Virus record (IMG/VR): IMGVR_UViG_3300027668_000012 | Span: 1-64,000 of that record | Reading direction: 5' to 3' (one strand) | Length of the DNA stretch: 64,000 bases | From: an uncultured virus (IMG/VR IMGVR_UViG_3300027668_000012) | Lineage: Duplodnaviria > Heunggongvirae > Uroviricota > Caudoviricetes | In this document: positions 47,912 through 57,192 of the stretch, piece after piece | Position numbering within the stretch: position 1 is the stretch's first letter | Layout: the number at the start of each line of letters is the position of its first letter | The notes under the pieces: model-generated | The model's database searches: none | The model's input: the letters and a program-made list of their open reading frames with translations, nothing else | Told to the model about the DNA's origin: nothing | Made by a program: the position numbers and the translations under genes

Positions 47912-49267
47912 ATGATGGAATCATATGACAGTTTAGTCAAAAAATGGGCACCAGTTCTTAATGAAGAATCTGCGCCTTCAATCAAAGACAAGCATCGCCG
48001 TTCGGTTACTGCTGTCACTTTAGAAAACCAAGAGAAAGCACTAAATGAAGAGCGTGCTCAATCAGGTTTCTTAGCGGAAACACCAAACAACGTTGGTTCT
48101 TCTGCAGCTAATTGGGATCCAGTTTTAATCTCTTTAGTACGTCGTTCAATGCCAAACATGATCGCATACGATTTATGTGGTGTACAGCCAATGACAGGTC
48201 CAACTGGCTTGATCTTTGCAATGAAGTCACGTTATACAGCTGGTACAACTGGTTCAACAGAAGCTTTATTCAACGAAGCAGATACAGTATTCTCTGGTGA
48301 CTCAAGTGTGACACAAAGTGCTGGTGCATCTGGCTTAAATGGTTTAACAGATGACTCGTCTGCAACTTCTGGTGTAGCTAATTCATACAACCTAAAAGAC
48401 AGCTCAATCAACAATGAGCGTACAGGTCCAATATTTGCTGGTGGTATGCCAACAGGCGACGCAGAAGGATTAGGTAGCACAGCTTCTACTTTCAACGAGA
48501 TGGGTTTCACAATTGAAAAAGCTACTGTGACTGCAAAATCACGTGCTTTGAAAGCTGAATACTCATTAGAGCTTGCACAAGACTTGAAAGCAATTCACGG
48601 CTTAGACGCTGAAACTGAATTAGCTAACATCTTGTCAACAGAAATCTTAGCTGAGATTAACCGCGAAGTAATTCGTTCAATCAACAGCCAAGCTAAAACT
48701 GGTGCATTGTCAACTAACGTTGCTATCCAAGGTATCTTTGACTTGTCAACAGATGCAGATGGTCGTTGGTCAGTAGAGAAGTTCAAAGGTTTGATCATGC
48801 AGATCGAACGTGAAGCTAACGTAATTGCAAAAGAAACACGTCGCGGCAAGGGTAACTTCATCCTATGTTCATCTGACGTAGCTTCTGCATTAGCGGCTTC
48901 TGGTATGTTGGATTATACTCCAGCATTGTCAGTAGATCTACAAGTAGACGATACAGGCAACACATTCGCTGGTGTTATGAATGGTCGTACACGTGTGTAC
49001 ATCGATCCATATGCAGTTGCAGATTACGTAACTGTAGGCTATAAAGGTACAAACGCATACGATGCTGGTATCTTCTATTGCCCATACGTACCATTAACTA
49101 TGGTTCGTGCAGTTGGTGAGAATGACTTCCAACCGAAAATCGGATTTAAGACACGCTACGGCATGGTCTCAAACCCATTCGTTGGTTCAACACCAAATGA
49201 CGGATTAGCTACTGCTAAGACTAACCAATACTACCGAATCTTCCGTGTAGACAACATCCTACAGTAA
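47912..49267 (+). CDS. gp23: major capsid protein
   Basis: LVRRSMPNMIAYDLCGVQPMTGPTGLIFAM, TAKSRALKAEYSLELAQDLKAIHGLDAE, FQPKIGFKTRYG. Confidence 0.98.
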   Translation: MMESYDSLVKKWAPVLNEESAPSIKDKHRRSVTAVTLENQEKALNEERAQSGFLAETPNNVGSSAANWDPVLISLVRRSMPNMIAYDLCGVQPMTGPTGLIFAMKSRYTAGTTGSTEALFNEADTVFSGDSSVTQSAGASGLNGLTDDSSATSGVANSYNLKDSSINNERTGPIFAGGMPTGDAEGLGSTASTFNEMGFTIEKATVTAKSRALKAEYSLELAQDLKAIHGLDAETELANILSTEILAEINREVIRSINSQAKTGALSTNVAIQGIFDLSTDADGRWSVEKFKGLIMQIEREANVIAKETRRGKGNFILCSSDVASALAASGMLDYTPALSVDLQVDDTGNTFAGVMNGRTRVYIDPYAVADYVTVGYKGTNAYDAGIFYCPYVPLTMVRAVGENDFQPKIGFKTRYGMVSNPFVGSTPNDGLATAKTNQYYRIFRVDNILQ

Positions 49268-49274
49268 GAAATAC

Positions 49275-49303
49275 AAAAAAGGGATAGGTGTTTAACCTAT
49301 CCC
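49275..49303 (-). terminator. intrinsic terminator for the minus-strand ORF island
   Basis: GGGATAGGT/ACCTATCCC stem with A6 on its left, which is a U-tract on the minus strand. Confidence 0.7.
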
Positions 49304-49311
49304 ACTTAATT

Positions 49312-49337
49312 AAAGCTCACTTCGGTGGGCTTTTTTT
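49312..49337 (+). terminator. intrinsic terminator after gp23
   Basis: AAAGCTCAC-TTCG-GTGGGCTTT followed by TTTT; UUCG tetraloop typical of T4-like terminators. Confidence 0.88.
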
Positions 49338-49527
49338 ATGTCTTACTACCATTATATTTTTTGTAATACACCTCATTCTTTTTGTCTTCTTTAAACCTTT
49401 GTGATCCAGTGACAGTGTGTCCAGTTTTAATTTTTGTGACAGCATTGTTTTTTAAGAATTCAGCAATAAGTATACTTTCTTTAGTTGTAACCTCATCTCT
49501 TGGTTTAATTTTATATGCAGAACTCAT
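49336..49527 (-). CDS. hypothetical protein
   Basis: Likely start MSSAYK at 49527 (TAATG coupling, AAGGA upstream). Confidence 0.6.
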   Translation of the reverse strand: MSSAYKIKPRDEVTTKESILIAEFLKNNAVTKIKTGHTVTGSQRFKEDKKNEVYYKKYNGSKT

Positions 49528-49676
49528 TATTTTGTTCCTTCTAAGAATGATTGCACCATATACCATTTACCTGATATATGGTGTGTTGAATGTAACTCAC
49601 GTGCCTCACTGTATGTCAAGCCAGATGTCTTTTCTGTAGACCATTTACTACTAGCAATCACCGACCAACTTCTCAT
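49527..49676 (-). CDS. hypothetical 49-aa protein
   Basis: Not in track. MRSWSVIASSKWSTEKTSGLTYSEARELHSTHHISGKWYMVQSFLEGTK; ATGA and TAATG overlaps at its two ends. Confidence 0.6.
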   Translation of the reverse strand: MRSWSVIASSKWSTEKTSGLTYSEARELHSTHHISGKWYMVQSFLEGTK

Positions 49677-49981
49677 GCTACAACTCCTGTCCTACACATC
49701 TCACGCACCTTTTCATGGTCGATGATATGAGCCGCATGATTATCACACTCGGATCGCTTATTGCCCATAGGCGTATATGTTTGACGCGCAATCACGCCAG
49801 CATCTATCAGCTTTTCCATATCCAAGTAGTATTTCACATCTGCTTTAGAGCAGCTAGAATGAAAACCTTTCTTAATGTAGATTTCAGGAGCTACTACGAT
49901 TTGATCATAGGTTCTCCAATATGCGTCATAATAAGAGACTGCATATGAAAGAGCTTCACGTTGAGACTTAAGTAACTTCAT
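49673..49981 (-). CDS. hypothetical protein
   Basis: GGAGGA RBS; own upstream promoter. Confidence 0.7.
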   Translation of the reverse strand: MKLLKSQREALSYAVSYYDAYWRTYDQIVVAPEIYIKKGFHSSCSKADVKYYLDMEKLIDAGVIARQTYTPMGNKRSECDNHAAHIIDHEKVREMCRTGVVA

Positions 49982-50023
49982 CTATAATCCTCCAAGATTA
50001 TTAAAAATTTAACTCACATTATC

Positions 50024-50052
50024 TTTATATCACATATGATTTTATTTGTCAA
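50024..50052 (-). promoter_or_regulatory. sigma70-type early promoter
   Basis: TTGACA-N17-TATAAA(GAT). Confidence 0.65.
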
Positions 50053-50058
50053 CACATA

Positions 50059-50268
50059 CTATTTCATGTACCAACGTTCAATGTGGGCTTCTCCATTCCA
50101 TCCTTCGAAGTATCGGACAGTCCATGCACGATCATCATTGTCATCTCGATATACTTCTTGACCTTCTTCACCACAATATTTTAGTGCTACTACAGTTGCT
50201 TTTTTCCAACTAGTGAAAACACTAATGATACCATCTTGTGAACCTGTTACAATATAAGCATTTGACAT
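50059..50268 (-). CDS. hypothetical protein
   Basis: Likely start MSNAYIV at 50268 with an AAGGA RBS. Confidence 0.65.
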   Translation of the reverse strand: MSNAYIVTGSQDGIISVFTSWKKATVVALKYCGEEGQEVYRDDNDDRAWTVRYFEGWNGEAHIERWYMK

Positions 50269-50296
50269 AATACATTTCCTTATTGTTTCTATAATC

Positions 50297-50324
50297 TTTA
50301 TATAGAAAACTAGGATAATGTCAA
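50297..50324 (-). promoter_or_regulatory. sigma70-type early promoter
   Basis: TTGACA-N16-TATAAA(GAT). Confidence 0.55.
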
Positions 50325-50365
50325 CTACTATTTTCATTGTTTCAAATAAACCCTTTAATTTACCT

Positions 50366-50373
50366 TATAAATA
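50366..50373 (+). promoter_or_regulatory. T4-type late promoter
   Basis: TATAAATA upstream of gp3. Confidence 0.72.
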
Positions 50374-50400
50374 TAAGTGTAAGAAAAATAGGATACGATT

Positions 50401-50961
50401 ATGCCTCAGTTAAATCCAGTTAATACAAGTGTCTTGAATCCAAAAAAGAACATAAGCACTTTGACAACTACTAACTTTTTACAGCCAACAGGCTTTAAGA
50501 TGTTGATCAATCGTAAGAATTTTCCAAACTTAGAATACTTTGCGCAATCGTTTACGCATCCTGACATGACTGCATCTGCTGTAGAGTTACCATATTCACG
50601 TGTGAGTTCAGTGCCTTTTGCACCAGATAAAATATCATTCGGAGAGCTTAGTGTTAATGTTATCCTTGATGAAGAATTAAATTCATATCAAGAGATGCAG
50701 AATTGGCTTGAGAGATTAGTAGAAACAAAAGAAAAAAGACCTATGGGATTAAGTGGTACTGTGGACTATGATGTTAGCCCACCAACGTATGCAGACATTA
50801 CATTGTCAGTATTATCAAGTGCCAATAACACACTCAAACAAATAAGATATATAGACTGTATGCCAACATCGATAGGCTCTGTAAACTTTGAAGCGGTGTC
50901 TACTGAACAAAACATTGCATATCCTGTTAACTTCAGGTATACTTACTTTGAAATTAGATAA
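50401..50961 (+). CDS. gp3: tail completion / tube terminator protein
   Basis: NFLQPTGFK, LEYFAQS...P, ILDEELNSYQEMQNWL, ADITLSVLSSANN. Confidence 0.85.
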   Translation: MPQLNPVNTSVLNPKKNISTLTTTNFLQPTGFKMLINRKNFPNLEYFAQSFTHPDMTASAVELPYSRVSSVPFAPDKISFGELSVNVILDEELNSYQEMQNWLERLVETKEKRPMGLSGTVDYDVSPPTYADITLSVLSSANNTLKQIRYIDCMPTSIGSVNFEAVSTEQNIAYPVNFRYTYFEIR

Positions 50962-50977
50962 AATATGAAGGATTATT

Positions 50978-51421
50978 ATGATAGACTTAAATGTGATTTT
51001 AGATATGTGGCAAGAAGATTGCCAAATTAATACAAAGCTAGACGAAGCTTCAAGACTTACCCCAAAACTACACGCCAAGTATTTGAGACTTCTCTCAGAG
51101 GCTAAACTGATGTCTAAGAGATCAGAACAATCTCAAAAGATATTACTAAAGCAAAAATGGCTTTACTATAATGGTAAAATGTCTGGCGATGATATTGTGG
51201 CTAATGGTTGGGAGTACGATCCTTTTCATGGTCTTAAAGTATTAAAGGGTGAAATGGACTACTACTATAACGCTGATACTGATATTCAAAAATCAATAGA
51301 GAAACTTGAGTATTGGAAAACTGTTATAAGTACCTTGAGTGAAATAGTATCTAATATTAATTGGCGACATCAGACAATTGGTAATATGATTAAATGGAAA
51401 ACTTTTGAAGCAGGTGGATAA
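50978..51421 (+). CDS. uvsY: recombination mediator UvsY
   Basis: WQEDCQI...PKLHAKYL, KWLYYNGK, INWRHQTIGNMIKW..FEAG. Confidence 0.9.
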   Translation: MIDLNVILDMWQEDCQINTKLDEASRLTPKLHAKYLRLLSEAKLMSKRSEQSQKILLKQKWLYYNGKMSGDDIVANGWEYDPFHGLKVLKGEMDYYYNADTDIQKSIEKLEYWKTVISTLSEIVSNINWRHQTIGNMIKWKTFEAGG

Positions 51422-51672
51422 TGAGTAAGCACAACGATACATTTAAATTAGATGTAGAAGATTTGGATATTATAGATCACGCATTACGAATGTACGTGGC
51501 AAAGCTGTCCAGAAGGTATACCCTTGATGTAACTCCAACAGACGCAAATGTGCGAGTGTATGGTGAAGGTCGTGCTGAAGGTACTGAGCTTAGTAAGATA
51601 GAAAATCTCCTAGGTAGACTACACGATCAGAAACAATGGTACAGACCAAAAGGTTCTTATATTAGTGGCTGA
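51421..51672 (+). CDS. hypothetical protein
   Basis: 83 aa, coupled between uvsY and uvsW; C-terminal LGRLHDQKQWYRPK. Confidence 0.7.
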   Translation: MSKHNDTFKLDVEDLDIIDHALRMYVAKLSRRYTLDVTPTDANVRVYGEGRAEGTELSKIENLLGRLHDQKQWYRPKGSYISG

Positions 51673-53140
51673 TATTACATTAGAGCTTAAAGACTATAGC
51701 ATGCTCACGATAGACTGTGACCTTGGTATTGCTCAAGAGCTAAGTGATTACTTTTCCTTTTTTGTACCAGGTTACAAATTTATGCCAGCCTTTAAAGCAA
51801 AGGTTTGGGACGGAAAGATACGTCTATACAATTCTATGAATGGCGAGTTGTCTTCTGGACTTTACGTTTATGTTATTAAGTTCTGTGCAGAGCGTAAGTA
51901 TAGCATGGATACAATAGAGACCGCGTATGGGCTTCCAGCGGTGTTAGACGAGATAAATGAAGACCATTTGCTAGAGTTCTACAATTTATTGAATATGCCG
52001 TACACGCCTAGAGAATATCAGCACGATGCAGTTATGATTGGCCTTAGACGTAAGAACGCTATTCTACTATCTCCAACTGGTTCAGGTAAATCTTTAATCA
52101 TGTATATTTTAATGAGGTATATTTTAGCAACGTGTAAGAACAAAATACTTATTATTGTTCCTACAACATCGTTGGTTGAACAGTTGTATAAAGATGTTTC
52201 TGATTATGGATACGATGCTGATGCAAAAGTTCATAGAATATATTCTGGTAAAGATAAAGATACTAATAAACGTGTGATAATTTCTACATGGCAATCGATA
52301 TATAAAATGCCACGTAAATGGTTTCATCAGTTTGATGCGATATTTGGTGATGAGTGTCATGGATTTAAATCAAAGTCTTTGTCGTCTATTATGAACAAGG
52401 CAGTAGAAGCAAAATATAGATTTGGTCTTACAGGAACTTTAGATGGTACACAGACACACAAGCTAGTGTTAGAAGGTTTGTTTGGTCCTGTCTACCAAGT
52501 CACAAAAACAAAGACGTTACAAGATGCTGGAGACCTTGCTCAATTAAAAATTACTATGTTGATGTTGAAGTATGCAGACGAAACAAGACTTGATAATACA
52601 AATAACGATTATCAAAAGGAAATAGAATTTATAATAAAGCATGAAGGACGTAATAAATTTATACGTAACCTTGCCTTAAATCAAAAGGGCAACACTCTAG
52701 TATTGTATCTAAGAGTAGAAGGTCATGGAAAACCTTTGTTTGATATGATACAGGCTAAAGCATCAGAAGGTCGTAAGGTATTCTTTGTTTCTGGTGACGT
52801 TGATGCCAAAGTAAGAGAAACTATTAGAGGGATTGTTGAAACGCAATCTGATGCTATCATTGTGGCTTCTCTAGGGACGTTTTCTACTGGTATAAATATA
52901 CGTAACCTACACAATATAGTGTTCGCATCACCGAGTAAATCACAAATCAAGGTGTTACAATCTATTGGGCGTGGGCTTCGTAAGTCAGATAATGACACGA
53001 CTACACAGTTGTTTGATATAGCAGACGACTTACATTGGAAAGCAAAGAAGAACTTCACGCTCTTACATTCGGCTGAAAGAGTTAAGATTTATCATAAAGA
53101 ACAATTTGATTATAAAATAGTACAGGTGGACATAGAATGA
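51665..53140 (+). CDS. uvsW: SF2 DNA/RNA helicase UvsW
   Basis: SPTGSGKS, DECH, GLTGT, FSTGINI, QSIGRGLR. Confidence 0.96.
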   Translation: MADITLELKDYSMLTIDCDLGIAQELSDYFSFFVPGYKFMPAFKAKVWDGKIRLYNSMNGELSSGLYVYVIKFCAERKYSMDTIETAYGLPAVLDEINEDHLLEFYNLLNMPYTPREYQHDAVMIGLRRKNAILLSPTGSGKSLIMYILMRYILATCKNKILIIVPTTSLVEQLYKDVSDYGYDADAKVHRIYSGKDKDTNKRVIISTWQSIYKMPRKWFHQFDAIFGDECHGFKSKSLSSIMNKAVEAKYRFGLTGTLDGTQTHKLVLEGLFGPVYQVTKTKTLQDAGDLAQLKITMLMLKYADETRLDNTNNDYQKEIEFIIKHEGRNKFIRNLALNQKGNTLVLYLRVEGHGKPLFDMIQAKASEGRKVFFVSGDVDAKVRETIRGIVETQSDAIIVASLGTFSTGINIRNLHNIVFASPSKSQIKVLQSIGRGLRKSDNDTTTQLFDIADDLHWKAKKNFTLLHSAERVKIYHKEQFDYKIVQVDIE

Positions 53141-53550
53141 AACACATAAAGCATATGAAGTTAGGTGATGGTACAGAGATCGTTGCTGACATAGTAGAAT
53201 GGCCTACCGAAGAAGAACACTCATTTGTAATTAAAAATGTGTATGAGATTCATTGTGTAGATAATGAATTGACTGGTAGGTTCTTTCAGTTTAGAACATG
53301 GATGGTATACCAAGATCAGCAACAACTACAGGTATTAAACCCTGATTTTGTTATGGCAGAAGCCAACCCCACACAAGAACTCCTCAAGCACTACTATAAT
53401 GCAATCGAAGCAAAAGAGCTGACCGATGAAGAATTGGCACAGCGTATGAAAGAAATAAGTGGCTTTAAAATAACACATGAAGACGAAGAGATTACCGAAG
53501 AAAAAGATACAGACAATATTTTATCCTTTCCTGGAAAGACAGTACACTAG
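53137..53550 (+). CDS. conserved hypothetical protein (possible Sm-like fold)
   Basis: KLGDGTEIVA N-terminus and NILSFP..VH C-terminus; between uvsW and gp55. Confidence 0.65.
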   Translation: MKHIKHMKLGDGTEIVADIVEWPTEEEHSFVIKNVYEIHCVDNELTGRFFQFRTWMVYQDQQQLQVLNPDFVMAEANPTQELLKHYYNAIEAKELTDEELAQRMKEISGFKITHEDEEITEEKDTDNILSFPGKTVH

Positions 53551-53611
53551 GTATATACTACCCTTCAATACATTACTTCTTTATTATATACACGTTTGAA
53601 CAATCTGTCAA
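53551..53611 (-). promoter_or_regulatory. antisense consensus sigma70 promoter element, copy B
   Basis: TTGACA-N17-TATAAT on the minus strand; homologous to 13604..13663. Confidence 0.7.
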
Positions 53612-53645
53612 TAGCTAAATGAAGTGAGAAAAACCAATTTAAGGG

Positions 53646-53674
53646 TTTACAGTTTATTATTAATGGTTTATAAT
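53646..53674 (+). promoter_or_regulatory. promoter for gp55 (TTTACA class)
   Basis: TTTACA-N17-TATAAT. Confidence 0.7.
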
Positions 53675-53696
53675 TGAAAGAACATTAGGAGTTATC

Positions 53697-54293
53697 ATGG
53701 CTAGACGCACAAAAGAAAACATCCACTACGTCAACAATAAAGACTTTTCAAATGCAGTGGTAGAGTATTGCACAGTATTACAAGAGGCTCAGGCTAATGA
53801 AACATCTTTACCCATTGTGTACGATTATATTGCTAACTGCTTTCTAAAGATTGCAGAGGGTTTATCTCATAAGTCAAATTTTATTGGATACACATATCGT
53901 GAAGAAATGGTTATGGATGCAGTAGAGAATTGTCTAAGGGCAATTCAGAATTATAACATTGAAGCGGCGACACGTACTGGTAAACCAAATGCCTTTGGGT
54001 ACTTTACACAAATATCTTGGTACGCATTCTTACGGCGCATTGCTAAAGAAAAGAAGCAACAAGATACTAAGTTGAAGTATTTGTCGCAATCTGGTATGGA
54101 AGACTATGTGGTATCAGGTCAAATGGATGTAGGTTCTAGGCAAGTCGTCCAAGGGTTTATTGATACATTAAAGAGCCGTATTGATGCGGTAAAAGAAAAA
54201 GACACCGAAATTAAACAGTTTGCCAAAGATGAGAAGGTTCGTAAGAAGTATCAATTTAAAGTTGATTCAGACCTGTCAGATTTTCTTGACTAA
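53697..54293 (+). CDS. gp55: late transcription sigma factor
   Basis: HYVNNKDF, CFLKIAEGLSHKSNF.GYTYREEMVMDAVENC, NAFGYFTQI..YAFLRRIAKEKKQ. Confidence 0.95.
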   Translation: MARRTKENIHYVNNKDFSNAVVEYCTVLQEAQANETSLPIVYDYIANCFLKIAEGLSHKSNFIGYTYREEMVMDAVENCLRAIQNYNIEAATRTGKPNAFGYFTQISWYAFLRRIAKEKKQQDTKLKYLSQSGMEDYVVSGQMDVGSRQVVQGFIDTLKSRIDAVKEKDTEIKQFAKDEKVRKKYQFKVDSDLSDFLD

Positions 54294-54345
54294 GGAGAAT
54301 GAAAACGACAAGTATCTCATTTAAATAACCTTAGGAATTTATATT

Positions 54346-55407
54346 ATGAAAATAGCTTTACTGAATGATACACATTGTGGTAGCCGTAACAGCTCTAATA
54401 TACTATTAGATAATGCAGAAACATTCTATGAGAAAGTATTCTTTCCGTATTGTATTGAACACGACATAAAGCACATCATACATCTTGGCGATTATTACGA
54501 TAATAGAAAGTTTATAAACTTTAAATCATTGAATAGAAATCGTCACCACTTCCTTAACAAGTTGCGATTACATAATATGACTATGGATATTATTGTAGGC
54601 AACCATGATGTGTACTATAAGAATACTAACAATCTAAACTCTTTAAAAGAACTCTTAGGCCATTATATGGATGTGGTTACTATTATCCACAAGCCTACTA
54701 CTATGAAATATGATGAGTTTGAGATTGCTTTAGTCCCTTGGATAAACTCAGAGAATGAAGAAGAGTCGATGAATTTCATTCGTGATACACCAGCTAGATA
54801 TATGGGCGGTCACTTTGACATCATCGGATATGAAATGGCAAAAGGTGTAGAGAGTATTCATGGCATGGATTCTTCTGTCTTTGATAGATTTGATAGTGTT
54901 TACTCAGGTCACTTCCACACTAAGTCTTCTAAAAATAATATACATTACTTAGGTTCTCAAATGGAGTTCTTCTGGAATGATGCACATGATAAAAAATACT
55001 TCCATGTATTCGACACTTCTACTGAACAAATTGTGTCAATTCATAATCCCTATACATTGTTTGAGCGTATAAGTTATGACGATATAAACAAAGACATGAC
55101 AAACTTTGACTTTTCTAAAGTAGATAATAAGTTTGTAAAGATTAACGTGGTTAATAAGAAAGACATAAAAGCGTTTGATAAATTTGTAGACGATATACAA
55201 AGCAGAGACATACACGAATTAAAGATTGCAGAAAGCTTTGCAGAATTTATAGGAGAGAATGTTGTAGACGAGGATGTACTTTTAGAAGACACTTTTAGCC
55301 TATTGAATACATATGTAGATGCAGTAGATACTGAATTGGATCGTGATCGTATCAAGAAGCAAATGTCAGAGCTATTACAAGAAGCACAAACTTTTGAAAT
55401 AGTATAA
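54346..55407 (+). CDS. gp47: recombination endonuclease subunit (Mre11/SbcD-like)
   Basis: DTHCG, HLGD.YD, GNHD, SGHFH phosphoesterase motifs. Confidence 0.94.
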   Translation: MKIALLNDTHCGSRNSSNILLDNAETFYEKVFFPYCIEHDIKHIIHLGDYYDNRKFINFKSLNRNRHHFLNKLRLHNMTMDIIVGNHDVYYKNTNNLNSLKELLGHYMDVVTIIHKPTTMKYDEFEIALVPWINSENEEESMNFIRDTPARYMGGHFDIIGYEMAKGVESIHGMDSSVFDRFDSVYSGHFHTKSSKNNIHYLGSQMEFFWNDAHDKKYFHVFDTSTEQIVSIHNPYTLFERISYDDINKDMTNFDFSKVDNKFVKINVVNKKDIKAFDKFVDDIQSRDIHELKIAESFAEFIGENVVDEDVLLEDTFSLLNTYVDAVDTELDRDRIKKQMSELLQEAQTFEIV

Positions 55408-55414
55408 TTAACTG

Positions 55415-55443
55415 TTTACAATAGTCTGAAAATCTGTTATTAT
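55415..55443 (+). promoter_or_regulatory. promoter for gp46 (TTTACA class)
   Basis: TTTACA-N17-TATTAT. Confidence 0.6.
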
Positions 55444-55470
55444 ACTTTAATATTATGAAAGTTGTTTGAG

Positions 55471-57183
55471 TTGATTTTATTTAAAACATTAAAGTGGAAG
55501 AATTTTTTATCTACAGGTAATGCGTTTACCGAGATAGATTTCCAATCATTTAAGACTACGTTAATCGTAGGTCACAATGGTGCTGGAAAGTCCACATTAC
55601 TTGATGCCTTATCATTCGCATTGTTTGGTAAGCCTCATCGTAATATTAATAAACCACAGCTAGTCAACTCTATTAATAATAAAGACTGCTCTGTCGAAGT
55701 CGTGTTTGAAGCGGCTGGATCAGAGTTTAGGATTGTACGTGGGATTAAACCCGCAGTCTTTGCAATCTATAAGAATGGTGAGATGCTAAACCAAGAGTCA
55801 CATGCAACTCAGTACCAGAAGATCCTAGAACAAAACATCTTGAAACTCAATCATAAAAGCTTTCATCAAATTGTTGTGCTAGGATCTTCTTCATTCGTTC
55901 CGTTCATGCAGTTGCCTGCACAACATCGTAGAGATGTTATCGAAGACTTATTAGACATAGGTGTGTTCTCTAAGATGAACTCATTGATAAAGGAAAAGAA
56001 CTCTATTCTAAAAGGTGTCATTCGTGAAATAGACTACAAGATAGACATACAGAAAAATAAGATAGACGTACAAAAAAAGTATATATCTGATGTCAACAGA
56101 ATTAATAAAGATTTAAAAGACCAAAAACAAACAAATATCATTGAGATGCGTAAAGATATTACTGGCATTTTAAAAGATAACGACGAGTTATTGGACTTGG
56201 TAGAGGCTGGAGCTTCTATTCCTACTACTATTAATAGTACGCAGTCTACTAAATCAAAACTATTAGGTTATCAAAATCAATTCACTAAAGACGTTCGTAC
56301 AGTTGTCAAAGACGCTAAGTTTTTTGAAGACAATTCTACTTGTCCCACATGTAGTCAGGATATAGAAGAACATGTGAAGGCTGAAAAGTTAAATGATGCT
56401 AAGGCTAAAGCGAAAGAATTAAGCAAAGCGTTGACTGATATTGAAGTAAAGCTGACGAGTACACAGAAAGAATTAGAAGCGGCTGAACATAAGATGCAAG
56501 AGATACGCAACTTTCAAACACAGATGAACGCTAATCAATCTGCAATGTCTCGTATTGAATTACAGATTAAAGTATTGAGTGACGAAATAGATAACCTTAC
56601 CGATACAAGTAGTGACATCAATGTTGCCAAAGACGATCTTGAATCTTATGTGATGGAAAAGAACGCTCTTACAGAGACTAGGCTAGAGTCTAATGAACAG
56701 TTTCAGTATAACATAGCTATCACAGAAATGTTAAAAGACACTGGCATTAAGACTAAGATCGTCAAACAGTACATACCAGTTATTAATAAACTTGTGAATA
56801 ATTATTTACAAACCTTAGAATTTTTTGTGCATTTTGAATTGGACGAATCGTTTTCTGAAACGATCAAATCAAGGCACAGAGATAGTTTCTCTTACGCTTC
56901 ATTTTCTGAAGGGGAGAAACAACGTATCGATTTGGCTCTACTGTTCACATGGCGTCAAGTTGCAAAAATGAAGAACTCTGTCTCAACCAATCTTTTAATC
57001 TTAGACGAGACTTTTGATTCTTCTTTAGACTATGAAGGTGTTGATAATCTTATGAAGATAATCGAGACTTTGACTGCTGATACAAATGTATTTGTTATAT
57101 CACATAAGGGTGATATGCTTGAAAGTAAATTTGAAAAGAAACTAGAGTTTTTTAAAGATAAAAACTTTAGTAATATAAAGTGA
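55471..57183 (+). CDS. gp46: recombination endonuclease ATPase subunit (Rad50/SbcC-like)
   Basis: WKNFLSTGN, GHNGAGKST, CPTC hook, FSEGEKQRIDLAL, LILDE; TTG start at 55471 or 55462. Confidence 0.95.
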   Translation: MILFKTLKWKNFLSTGNAFTEIDFQSFKTTLIVGHNGAGKSTLLDALSFALFGKPHRNINKPQLVNSINNKDCSVEVVFEAAGSEFRIVRGIKPAVFAIYKNGEMLNQESHATQYQKILEQNILKLNHKSFHQIVVLGSSSFVPFMQLPAQHRRDVIEDLLDIGVFSKMNSLIKEKNSILKGVIREIDYKIDIQKNKIDVQKKYISDVNRINKDLKDQKQTNIIEMRKDITGILKDNDELLDLVEAGASIPTTINSTQSTKSKLLGYQNQFTKDVRTVVKDAKFFEDNSTCPTCSQDIEEHVKAEKLNDAKAKAKELSKALTDIEVKLTSTQKELEAAEHKMQEIRNFQTQMNANQSAMSRIELQIKVLSDEIDNLTDTSSDINVAKDDLESYVMEKNALTETRLESNEQFQYNIAITEMLKDTGIKTKIVKQYIPVINKLVNNYLQTLEFFVHFELDESFSETIKSRHRDSFSYASFSEGEKQRIDLALLFTWRQVAKMKNSVSTNLLILDETFDSSLDYEGVDNLMKIIETLTADTNVFVISHKGDMLESKFEKKLEFFKDKNFSNIK

Positions 57184-57192
57184 TAATATGTA

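Noticed and set aside
49590..49620. TTGACA on the minus strand as a third promoter in the island
   Set aside because: It lies inside the 49-aa ORF and has no convincing -10 box at a 17-nt spacing.
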